A DNA stretch of 25,792 nt, from positions 1-25,792 of IMG/VR virus record IMGVR_UViG_3300035396_000161. The stretch is one strand, 5' to 3'. Source of the stretch: a virus (taxonomy: Duplodnaviria; Caudoviricetes). Positions 18,320 to 25,792 of the stretch are shown piece by piece (within the stretch, counting starts at the first letter, position 1; every line of letters begins with the position of its first letter). The translations under genes were made by a program, and so were the position numbers. The notes beneath the pieces are model-generated. The model saw only the letters and a program-made list of their open reading frames with translations. It did not search any database and was not told the DNA's origin.

Positions 18320-20113
18320 TTAGTATTTGTAAATATAATAGCCATTTACCAAACCTTCTTCACCATCAAACGTCGATAATGCTAAAATCCTACATTCTTC
18401 TTCACCACAATAAGATATATATTTATTAACATCAAAATAAAAGTCAAAAGATTTACCTTTAAAAAAATCAACAACAGAAATATTACCATATATATCACCA
18501 ATATAATCATTAAAATCTTTTAATTCGTCTCCATTTTTATCATATATTCCGTCTGAATCTTCAACATATTCATCTTCAAAATCATCACCATTTTCATCGT
18601 ATATACCATCTTCATCTTCAAATAAGTTATCGTCTTCGTCCATACTATATTTTTTCTTATTTTCATTTTTACTATATCTCTCTCTATCATCATATTCTTC
18701 TTTAAATTTATCAAAATCAAACCAAGGTTCGACAATAATGTTAGTAAGTTGTTCATCTCCAATATATTCTAATATATTGTCATTAAAATGGTCTCTTGTA
18801 TATTCCATAGCTTCATCATAAGTATAAACCGTATATTTTTTACCAAGACTTTGTACTGAAAACTCATATTCACTTTCTTCCACTATATCATCAATATCAA
18901 CACCAAAATATTCTGCTAATGCATTTGCTTTTTCACTATCATTACCAACATTATCTAAATCTATCAATTTATATTTATCCATATAAGGTTTTGGAAGTCC
19001 TTTTACACCATGTATATAATATGAATCTTTTTCACTACCATTATTTTCTAATCCTGTACATTCTTCTACAATTTTATACATAATATTTCTCATATCAATT
19101 GGATAAACTCTATCGAACATAATTTTTTCATTTTTTTCATTATATCTAATCATCATTCTTGATATAGTTGTGTATGGATGTTTATTTCCTTTATCATCAA
19201 CATATTCAATATCAAACATTAAATAAGCTACTTTAGAATTAAAGTCAAAAACATTTGAAAGTAATTTCATATTATGTTTTGTTCCACTTTCACCACCTGT
19301 ATAAATATTTTGACAACTATCATAAAAATTACTAATACTCATACGTAATTTATCATCAGCTTTATCACTTATATATAAATATAATTTAGAATTTTCAATA
19401 TTTTCTATATTTGTTTCAACATTTGAAACAGGTTGTCTAAGACCACTATATTCTTTATCATTATTCGGATTCCATTCTATATTTTTACCATAAGCTTTAT
19501 TATACGATTGAATGAATTTATATAAATTACTTTTATTATTACTAAATTCTTTAGTTTTAACATCTATCAATCTAATATCATTTGAGTATAACAGTTTTAA
19601 CATATCAATAGTGTTTAATGCATTTGATGTGTATTTGATATTTAAACTATCATGTAATAAAATATTTAATTGTTCGTTATCTATTAATATACTATAAATT
19701 TTACTTTTACGAAATTGTTTTAATAAATTAGTTTTAAAATATAATACTATTTCTTTAATTGTTTTATTAGTTATATTTTCATCTAATACTTCTATTTTAA
19801 CATTAGGTATTTTATCGGTATGTGCAGGTACATCCATATCTAAATATTTACTACCATGTCTTTTTGATAAAATATCAGACATATAAGATGGTATATCATC
19901 TCTTAGTGCTTCAAAAATAATATAATTTTGAAAATTTAAATAATAATTATTATTTTCAATCAAAATCATAAAATCTTTAATACTATCATTAGTCATATTT
20001 GAATCTACTACTTTTAAAACTTTTTCTGATACGACTTTTCTATCAGTTTCACCTGTCCTAACAGAATAAACCAATTTAAAAAATGCTTGTTGTTGTTTCG
20101 TTGTACTCGGCAT
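18320..20113 (-). CDS. DUF3008-like N-terminus fused to an uncharacterised phage domain (paralog of 21075-22508), acidic C-terminus
   Basis: MPSTTKQQQAFFKLV...GE...SIKDF resembles DUF3008. Core DKLRMSISNFYDSCQNIYTGG...FDRVYP...PYMDKY is shared with the paralog. Confidence 0.7.
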   Translation of the reverse strand: MPSTTKQQQAFFKLVYSVRTGETDRKVVSEKVLKVVDSNMTNDSIKDFMILIENNNYYLNFQNYIIFEALRDDIPSYMSDILSKRHGSKYLDMDVPAHTDKIPNVKIEVLDENITNKTIKEIVLYFKTNLLKQFRKSKIYSILIDNEQLNILLHDSLNIKYTSNALNTIDMLKLLYSNDIRLIDVKTKEFSNNKSNLYKFIQSYNKAYGKNIEWNPNNDKEYSGLRQPVSNVETNIENIENSKLYLYISDKADDKLRMSISNFYDSCQNIYTGGESGTKHNMKLLSNVFDFNSKVAYLMFDIEYVDDKGNKHPYTTISRMMIRYNEKNEKIMFDRVYPIDMRNIMYKIVEECTGLENNGSEKDSYYIHGVKGLPKPYMDKYKLIDLDNVGNDSEKANALAEYFGVDIDDIVEESEYEFSVQSLGKKYTVYTYDEAMEYTRDHFNDNILEYIGDEQLTNIIVEPWFDFDKFKEEYDDRERYSKNENKKKYSMDEDDNLFEDEDGIYDENGDDFEDEYVEDSDGIYDKNGDELKDFNDYIGDIYGNISVVDFFKGKSFDFYFDVNKYISYCGEEECRILALSTFDGEEGLVNGYYIYKY

Positions 20114-20120
20114 AATATTT

Positions 20121-21068
20121 TTATTTTATTTTTTTAGCTTTAATTAATAAAGTATTGAAATTATTTAATTCACTACTATAAAAGTTTTTTAAATAATCAC
20201 TACTACTTATTGATATTTGATAGTTATAATATTCTTCAATTTCTTCTACACTACTACCATTATTTAACATATCAATATAATGGTATTTATTAGGTTGTTC
20301 ACGCTCTAATTTATTATTTAAAAGATATAGGTTATTGTCCCAAAATACTCTTTTTATTAAATTTGGTGGAGTATTTAAATCTGGTCTTCTAATTCCTAAA
20401 TAATCCCAATCGATTTCATCATCATTATCACATACCTCAAAATCATCAACATCTATTTGAAATATTGGATAAAATGTTTCAATTTTTAATTGATATGTTA
20501 TTTCTTTTTTAGTTGAATTTTGGTCAAATCCTATATCTCTTTTAAAATCTATTGTTTTTGAATCTGGTAATTGAAAAAAAGCATCTATTTTTAATCCAAA
20601 ATAATCAACACTAATAAACATATAATTATATAATACATTCAATAACTTCTCACTTACTTTTAATATATCATTTTCATTAGATAAAATAATTTTAATATCA
20701 TAAGACATTTCAACCTTTACAGCTTTAACTTTTGATATTATTTCAATCATTTTATCATTCAATACAGTTTTTTTAGATATATATTGATTCGGATTTGCTA
20801 ATTCACTAGAAACTACACTTATATCTTTTAATTCTACAACACCTCTTGGTATTTTATCAACATTAGTTTCAACTCTTCTATCAACAATATCATCATTAAA
20901 AGCATCAAATATAAAATTAGCATCACCTGTGAATGGCATGTAGAATGGTATTGCAACTCTTATGTTCTTATTCTCAAATCTGTTTATATACATCATTCTC
21001 TTATTCAAAGTTCTTGTTAGAGCAATCCCAACTTCTCTAAAAAATATATTGTCAAAATTTTTAGCCAT
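20121..21068 (-). CDS. T4 gp15-like tail terminator / sheath stabiliser
   Basis: FFREVGIAL...RVAIPFY...KIPRG...KVEMSYDIKI...ITYQLKIETFYP layout and size fit gp15-like proteins of large myoviruses. Confidence 0.6.
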   Translation of the reverse strand: MAKNFDNIFFREVGIALTRTLNKRMMYINRFENKNIRVAIPFYMPFTGDANFIFDAFNDDIVDRRVETNVDKIPRGVVELKDISVVSSELANPNQYISKKTVLNDKMIEIISKVKAVKVEMSYDIKIILSNENDILKVSEKLLNVLYNYMFISVDYFGLKIDAFFQLPDSKTIDFKRDIGFDQNSTKKEITYQLKIETFYPIFQIDVDDFEVCDNDDEIDWDYLGIRRPDLNTPPNLIKRVFWDNNLYLLNNKLEREQPNKYHYIDMLNNGSSVEEIEEYYNYQISISSSDYLKNFYSSELNNFNTLLIKAKKIK

Positions 21069-21074
21069 TATTAT

Positions 21075-22508
21075 TTATTTAATTTTATATATATAATATA
21101 TTACATCTTTATAATTTGAAACATATTCAATATCGGTATTATTTGATAGTGCAATCAATCTACATTTTTCAATACCATAATAACTAACATATTCGTCTAT
21201 GTTTATATATTTATTTAATTTAATCACCTTATTTAAATCAAAAATATTTGTAATGTTATTAGTGTTTATTTTTCTAACATCTACTAAATATTTATTTTTA
21301 TTAAACCATTTCATATCAATTATATCATCAATACTATTTTCATCATATATAATTGAAAAATTGTTTAATATATACTCTTTAGTTTTAAATAAACTTTCAT
21401 TTTCATTATAACAGCTATATATACTACCATTTTTTAAAATATATTCATAATTATCATATTTCTTTACATCCGATTTATCAAAGTTAAAATAATTAGAAAG
21501 TATTTTAATTTTTAATTTATTATAATCAACATCATTATAATCAACTAATTTATATTTATCCATATATGGATTGTGTAAACCTTCTATTCCATTAATGTAA
21601 TAGTTTTCATCATTTATTCCACTATCAATCAAATCTGTATATTCTTCTATTATATTATATATCAATTTTGTTGCTGAAAATGGATAGGTTTTATCAAACA
21701 TTATTTTATCATCAACTACATTATATCTAATTATAGTTCTTGCAATTGGTGTGTATGGGTGTATATTTCCACGATTGTCTGTAAATTCAACATCAAACAT
21801 CAAATAAGCTATTTTAGAATTTACATCAAATACATTTGAAAGTAAATGTAAATTATACATATTTCCACTTTCACCACCAGTGTAAATATTTTGACAACTA
21901 TCGTAGAATTTACTAATACTCATACGTAATTTATCATCGGCTTTATCGCTAATATATAAATACAATTTAGAATTTTCAATATTATTTATATTTTCGTCAT
22001 AATTTGTAATTATATCTCTAAGTCCACTATATTCTTTATCGTTATTAGGATTCCAATCTATATTTTTTTCATAAGCTTTATTATAAGATTGTATGAATTT
22101 ATATAAATTACTTTTATTCCTGCTAAATTCTTTTGTTTTAGAATCCAATAAATTAATATCATTTGAATATAAATATTTCAAATCTGTTAATTGTAAATTT
22201 TTAACATCAATGTTTAACAATTCTCTTAGTGTAGTATCGGATTTTAATAATTTAAAGATACTACTTTTTTTAAATTGTTTTATTATATTAGTGTGTAAAT
22301 GATTAATAATTTTATCAATACATTTATCAACTAATTTCTTATTATCAACTTCTATTTTTACATTAGGTATTTTATCTGTATGTGATGGTACTTCCATATC
22401 CATATATTTACTACCATGTCTTTTTGATAGTATCTTATTCATATAAGATGGTATTTCATCTTTAAGTGCTTCCATAATGATATAATTTTCAAATTTTAAA
22501 TAATACAT
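21075..22508 (-). CDS. Uncharacterised phage protein, paralog of 18320-20113
   Basis: Long near-identical blocks (ILSKRHGSKY, NKSNLYKFIQSYNKAY, IENSKLYLYISDKADDKLRMSIS, PYMDKYKL). Confidence 0.7.
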   Translation of the reverse strand: MYYLKFENYIIMEALKDEIPSYMNKILSKRHGSKYMDMEVPSHTDKIPNVKIEVDNKKLVDKCIDKIINHLHTNIIKQFKKSSIFKLLKSDTTLRELLNIDVKNLQLTDLKYLYSNDINLLDSKTKEFSRNKSNLYKFIQSYNKAYEKNIDWNPNNDKEYSGLRDIITNYDENINNIENSKLYLYISDKADDKLRMSISKFYDSCQNIYTGGESGNMYNLHLLSNVFDVNSKIAYLMFDVEFTDNRGNIHPYTPIARTIIRYNVVDDKIMFDKTYPFSATKLIYNIIEEYTDLIDSGINDENYYINGIEGLHNPYMDKYKLVDYNDVDYNKLKIKILSNYFNFDKSDVKKYDNYEYILKNGSIYSCYNENESLFKTKEYILNNFSIIYDENSIDDIIDMKWFNKNKYLVDVRKINTNNITNIFDLNKVIKLNKYINIDEYVSYYGIEKCRLIALSNNTDIEYVSNYKDVIYYIYKIK

Positions 22509-22603
22509 ATAATATTCAAATATTTTTTATTATATATTAAAATTATTATTTATAAATTAGAAACTATTTTATAAAATATATAACAATAAAAAAATATTAA
22601 ATT

Positions 22604-23578
22604 ATGAGTGAAAAAATAGAAGGATTAGATGAATTAGATTCATTATTAGGTGGTGGTAAATCTAATGAAAAAAAGGTTAAGATAGATACTAATATTGTTA
22701 TTGAAAATGACGTTGAAAATATTAGTAATTCAACATTTGTTGTTGTAGATATGAATTTACTTCCTGGTAAAAAATACTATCGTACCAATACCGTTATTAA
22801 AATTAAAAAACCTGAAAGTATTGATATACAAAAGTTTTTATCAATTCCAGATAGTGGAAGTTATGGTGGAAATTTAAGTGGATTATATTATTTACAAGTT
22901 ATGGAAAAATTAACAGAACTTGTAAAATCTTGTACAAAAGTTTTTGTAAATGGTGTTGAAATTTCAAACGATTGTATTAAAACAGATGATTTGATACCAT
23001 TGTCATTATTAATAAAGGAATTAAAATATCCAAATCATGATGTTAAAAATGCTATCAAATGTGATAAATGTAAAAAAGATGATGAATATCCTGTTAGATT
23101 AGGTAAAAATAAGACATTATTTTTAAGAGATTTTGAAGATGATTATGAACATCTTTTTAATGATGAAAAGAAATGTTATGAATTTAATATTAATAGTATA
23201 ATATACGAAGTAGCACCATCTAATATTGGTATCAATGCAACTTTTATAAAAGAATATTTACTACCAGCTTATACAAAAGGTGGTGAAATTAATGTAATAT
23301 TTATGGCTGTATATTCATTATTAAAATATAAAGATTATAGTATTACTAAAAAAGGTATTGATGAAAAATTAAAAGAATTTGAAAAATCTTTTGACGAAGA
23401 AGCTATGCAAGTACTTTATCAATTTTCACAAACACTTTTAATATCTAAAAGCGATTTAAAATGTAATTGTAGTAATTGTGGTAGTGAAATAGAAGATGAA
23501 TTTACACATTTACATAGTGGATTTAAATCATTATTTACAAATGAAAGTGCTTTAGATAAATTTAAGAAAAAGAATTAA
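22604..23578 (+). CDS. T4 gp26-like baseplate hub assembly protein
   Basis: LLPGKKYY...IKIKK...SCTK..., CDKC and CSNC zinc-ribbon pairs; paralogous layout to the next gene. Confidence 0.55.
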   Translation: MSEKIEGLDELDSLLGGGKSNEKKVKIDTNIVIENDVENISNSTFVVVDMNLLPGKKYYRTNTVIKIKKPESIDIQKFLSIPDSGSYGGNLSGLYYLQVMEKLTELVKSCTKVFVNGVEISNDCIKTDDLIPLSLLIKELKYPNHDVKNAIKCDKCKKDDEYPVRLGKNKTLFLRDFEDDYEHLFNDEKKCYEFNINSIIYEVAPSNIGINATFIKEYLLPAYTKGGEINVIFMAVYSLLKYKDYSITKKGIDEKLKEFEKSFDEEAMQVLYQFSQTLLISKSDLKCNCSNCGSEIEDEFTHLHSGFKSLFTNESALDKFKKKN

Positions 23579-23585
23579 TATTATT

Positions 23586-24692
23586 ATGTTGGAAAAACAT
23601 TTATTTGATGAGTATTTTGAAAGATTAGAAAAATCAAATAATAAGATAAATAAATTGGTATATCAATACGTTGATATACCAAATTTTTTACCATTTAGTT
23701 TATTCTATGAAAAAGGATTGAAAATATTATTCCGACCATGTACATTAGAAGAAATATTTTTATTTGGTGTAGTAGATTTAAATAGTGATGACGATGTTAT
23801 GCACAAATTAGATATGTTATTAGAAAATTGTACCGAAATAACAATAAGAGGTAAAAAAACAAGTTATTTAGATTTATATGAAAAAGATAAATTTATTATA
23901 TTATATCTTATAAAAGAATTTACATTTATTAATTCAAAAAATTATACTATCAATTATCAATGTGATAACATACGTTGTAGAAAAGATTTAAACATACCAT
24001 ATCGTGCAACTTTTAGTAGTAAAAGAAATCGGACATTATATGCTAAGACTCTTCCACATATTATATTAGATGTAATTGATGTAGATGGTGTTATAAAATT
24101 TTATAATGATGAAAATGTAGTAGTATTTAAAATGAGACCACCTACTTTAAGAGTTGAAAAATTATTATATAATAGTTTATTAGAGGATAGTTTAAAGAGA
24201 ATATTAAAATTTATGTTTTTAAATAATGATGATGTAAATGAAATTAAATTAGAAGAGAATATAAATTTATTGAAAGAAATAGATGATTTAGATTTAATTT
24301 CAGCTATTAATGAAATAATTAATACTTTTGAAAATAGTGTATATTATGAAATAAGATATGTGTGTGATGAGTGTAAGAATCTAATAGTAAATCCGATACT
24401 TATTCCAAACTATAAAGATTTATTTTCATTATTTCAAGGGGATTTTGATAAGATTGTAGAGAATGAATTTGAGCTTTTTTATCAAAATGGATTACAACCT
24501 TCTGAATTGAATAATATGTTTTATTTTAAATATGAAAAATATATAGAAGCTTTAAATGTTAAAATTGGTGAGGAAAATAAACAACGTGAAAAAGAAAATC
24601 AACAACAAGAATCTATGAATAATATGCCTAATTTTAATGGTATGAATAATATTGCAAATAATTTTAAAAATTTTAATGGATATAAACGATAA
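23586..24692 (+). CDS. T4 gp26-like baseplate hub protein with gp51-like C-terminal domain
   Basis: LPFSLFY...FRPCTLEEI...DKFIILYLIKEFTF, CDNIRC and CDEC, MRPPT. C-terminal QPSELNNMFYFKYEKYIEAL...EENKQREKE is gp51-like. Confidence 0.6.
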   Translation: MLEKHLFDEYFERLEKSNNKINKLVYQYVDIPNFLPFSLFYEKGLKILFRPCTLEEIFLFGVVDLNSDDDVMHKLDMLLENCTEITIRGKKTSYLDLYEKDKFIILYLIKEFTFINSKNYTINYQCDNIRCRKDLNIPYRATFSSKRNRTLYAKTLPHIILDVIDVDGVIKFYNDENVVVFKMRPPTLRVEKLLYNSLLEDSLKRILKFMFLNNDDVNEIKLEENINLLKEIDDLDLISAINEIINTFENSVYYEIRYVCDECKNLIVNPILIPNYKDLFSLFQGDFDKIVENEFELFYQNGLQPSELNNMFYFKYEKYIEALNVKIGEENKQREKENQQQESMNNMPNFNGMNNIANNFKNFNGYKR

Positions 24693-24730
24693 ATAATTTT
24701 TTTATTTCAAAAATGTTTTGTATCTTTGTA
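24691..24730 (+). promoter_or_regulatory. Bacteroidota sigma70-type (early) promoter, copy 2
   Basis: TATCTTTG at 24721-24728; 35/40 identical to 14808-14847; upstream of the tRNA and cassette array. Confidence 0.75.
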
Positions 24731-24845
24731 GCATATTAATACCATTAAATTATTAATGTGATTTATTGATTAAATATCAATAGCAGTAATATACTATAAC
24801 ACTATGTCAACATTTTTATACTGTGTTATGAGTTAATTTTTCTTA

Positions 24846-24918
24846 GGAAACATAGTGGTGTTAGTCTATGCTCTGGACTGTAAATCCAGAGAAAAAGGTT
24901 CGATTCCTTTTGTTTCCA
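24846..24918 (+). tRNA. tRNA-Tyr(GTA), atypical
   Basis: Acceptor GGAAACA/TGTTTCC plus discriminator A; anticodon arm CTGGA-CTGTAAA-TCCAG; T arm AAAGG-TTCGATT-CCTTT. Weak D arm, no encoded CCA. Confidence 0.85.
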
Positions 24919-25080
24919 CTAAGGTGGTTTGATTCCCACTCGTTTATCGAGGTCAGATGAGACGGGAGTTTGGTTCGATTCCAAATGATTAGGGTAGTTT
25001 AAACACTACTAACTCTTGGTGAGCATAGATACGGCAGAACGATGTCGTTAGTCAGTGGAGGAATCCTTCTGATGTCGTTA
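24919..25080 (+). ncRNA. Structured, GC-elevated tract: pseudo-tRNA or unknown ncRNA
   Basis: T-arm hairpin tttgg-ttcgatt-ccaaa (24969-24985), gtgg-tttgattc-ccac (24924-24939), gtagt/actac stem, and the repeat gatgtcgtta at 25041 and 25071. Confidence 0.35.
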
Positions 25081-25091
25081 TTTAAAATAAC

Positions 25092-25223
25092 TTATAACGT
25101 TCGCAGGTATATTTCAGTTGCGGACTACAAAGCAAATAACTGTCAAATTATAAATAACTTAAATACGAGATATAATGATACAAGAAACACAAAACTCGAA
25201 ATTGAATACACCTGTTGTTATAG
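25092..25223 (+). repeat. attC-like site 1 (132 bp)
   Basis: ttataac-gttcg-caggtatatttcagttgcg ... cgaaattgaatacacctg-tt-gttatag: imperfect inverted repeat with AAC/GTT core boxes. Confidence 0.7.
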
Positions 25224-25432
25224 GTAGTTTTGTTAAATTTTACGACTGCCAACAAGCAAATAATGATAAAGATTTTTCAGGTGTAAACCCTAAATATTAC
25301 CCGATTGGTAAAGTAATAAATATTTATGATTATAAATCAACATTCGGTTATACTGATATGGTTTGTGATATACAAATAGGTGAACGCATTAGCAAGGCAC
25401 ATTTTGTGAGAGGTGTTGAAGTTGTTTCTTAA
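25175..25432 (+). CDS. Cassette gene 1, small hypothetical protein (possibly SH3-like beta barrel)
   Basis: 85 aa. Starts in the loop of site 1 and stops 4 nt before site 2. Confidence 0.65.
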   Translation: MIQETQNSKLNTPVVIGSFVKFYDCQQANNDKDFSGVNPKYYPIGKVINIYDYKSTFGYTDMVCDIQIGERISKAHFVRGVEVVS

Positions 25433-25436
25433 AATC

Positions 25437-25490
25437 ACCTAACGGTTGCAAATAAAACATCGTTTTAATGTGTTTTATTTGTTGTTACCA
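25437..25490 (+). repeat. attC-like site 2 (54 bp)
   Basis: acctaac (RYYYAAC)-ggttg-caaataaaaca ... tgttttatttg-tt-gttacca, with a perfect 11-bp inner stem. Confidence 0.72.
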
Positions 25491-25524
25491 ACAGTACGGA
25501 TTATTAACTTAAAAAACAAAATAG

Positions 25525-25737
25525 ATGAAACAAAAATTAGTATTAACAGATGAAGAATTAGAGAAGTTATTAATTGACACAGGTTCTTTTGATGATTGTC
25601 CAACAGAAAACGATAAGCAAAAAATGAGAGATTCTTATCGAAAAGTAGAAGCAGAAACAAATCAGCAAATAGAAGAAGCTGGTGGGGTAACTCAATGGTA
25701 CGAAAGCGGAAGAGGTCGATTAATGCACTCAAAGTAG
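25525..25737 (+). CDS. Cassette gene 2, small hypothetical protein
   Basis: 70 aa with A-rich leader; stop lies directly before site 3. Confidence 0.65.
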   Translation: MKQKLVLTDEELEKLLIDTGSFDDCPTENDKQKMRDSYRKVEAETNQQIEEAGGVTQWYESGRGRLMHSK

Positions 25738-25743
25738 TATTGT

Positions 25744-25792
25744 TGGTAACGGACGGTGCTAACCAACACACCGCCAACCTTTCGTGTCATAA
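25744..25792 (+). repeat. attC-like site 3, left arm (runs out of the window)
   Basis: gtattgttggtaac (25737-25750) is the 13/14 reverse complement of gttaccaacagtac (25484-25497); followed by a 5-nt spacer and a GC-richer arm. Confidence 0.6.

Noticed and set aside
3973-22302. Short antisense or overlapping ORFs in the track (3973, 5344, 5439, 6851, 8293, 11064, 16922, 17883, 18520, 19512, 21199, 22093)
   Set aside because: Shadow ORFs overlapping well-supported genes, with no motifs of their own.
18320-22508. Diversity-generating retroelement template/variable repeat pair
   Set aside because: Both copies are full coding genes, differences are not restricted to adenines, and no reverse transcriptase is present.
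25042-25777. ORFs 25042-25227 (+) and 25475-25777 (-)
   Set aside because: The first runs through the structured tract and attC-like site 1; the second is antisense to cassette gene 2 and crosses two sites. Neither fits the cassette layout.
1-25792. Stop-codon reassignment (code 15 or 4), as in some large phages
   Set aside because: Long genes are intact under code 11, TGA and TAG end genes at sensible places, and the broken genes are explained by insertions and frameshifts.

Overview
A very AT-rich window that reads as part of a large T4-like (myovirus, probably jumbo) phage genome infecting a Bacteroidota host. Evidence: T4 gp15- and gp26/gp51-like tail and baseplate genes, DUF3008/DUF6582/amidoligase genes, a tRNA, two copies of a TAnnTTTG promoter, and no Shine-Dalgarno sites. 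Bases 1-12889 form a co-oriented sugar biosynthesis and glycosylation cluster (Gmd, a sugar C-methyltransferase, an SDR epimerase/reductase, three further SAM methyltransferases, about six glycosyltransferase-like genes). Three selfish elements sit in it: a 120-bp MITE splitting a GT10-like gene, a LAGLIDADG intein in the C-methyltransferase, and a 1.77-kb TnpB-only element splitting an FkbM methyltransferase. Bases 12.9-24.7 kb hold putative head-packaged proteins with T4-like capsid-targeting peptides, small early genes and structural genes. The last 1.1 kb holds a promoter, an atypical tRNA-Tyr, a structured RNA-like tract, and the start of an integron-like array of attC-type hairpins flanking small gene cassettes. 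Product calls come from motif recognition by eye, not database searches.
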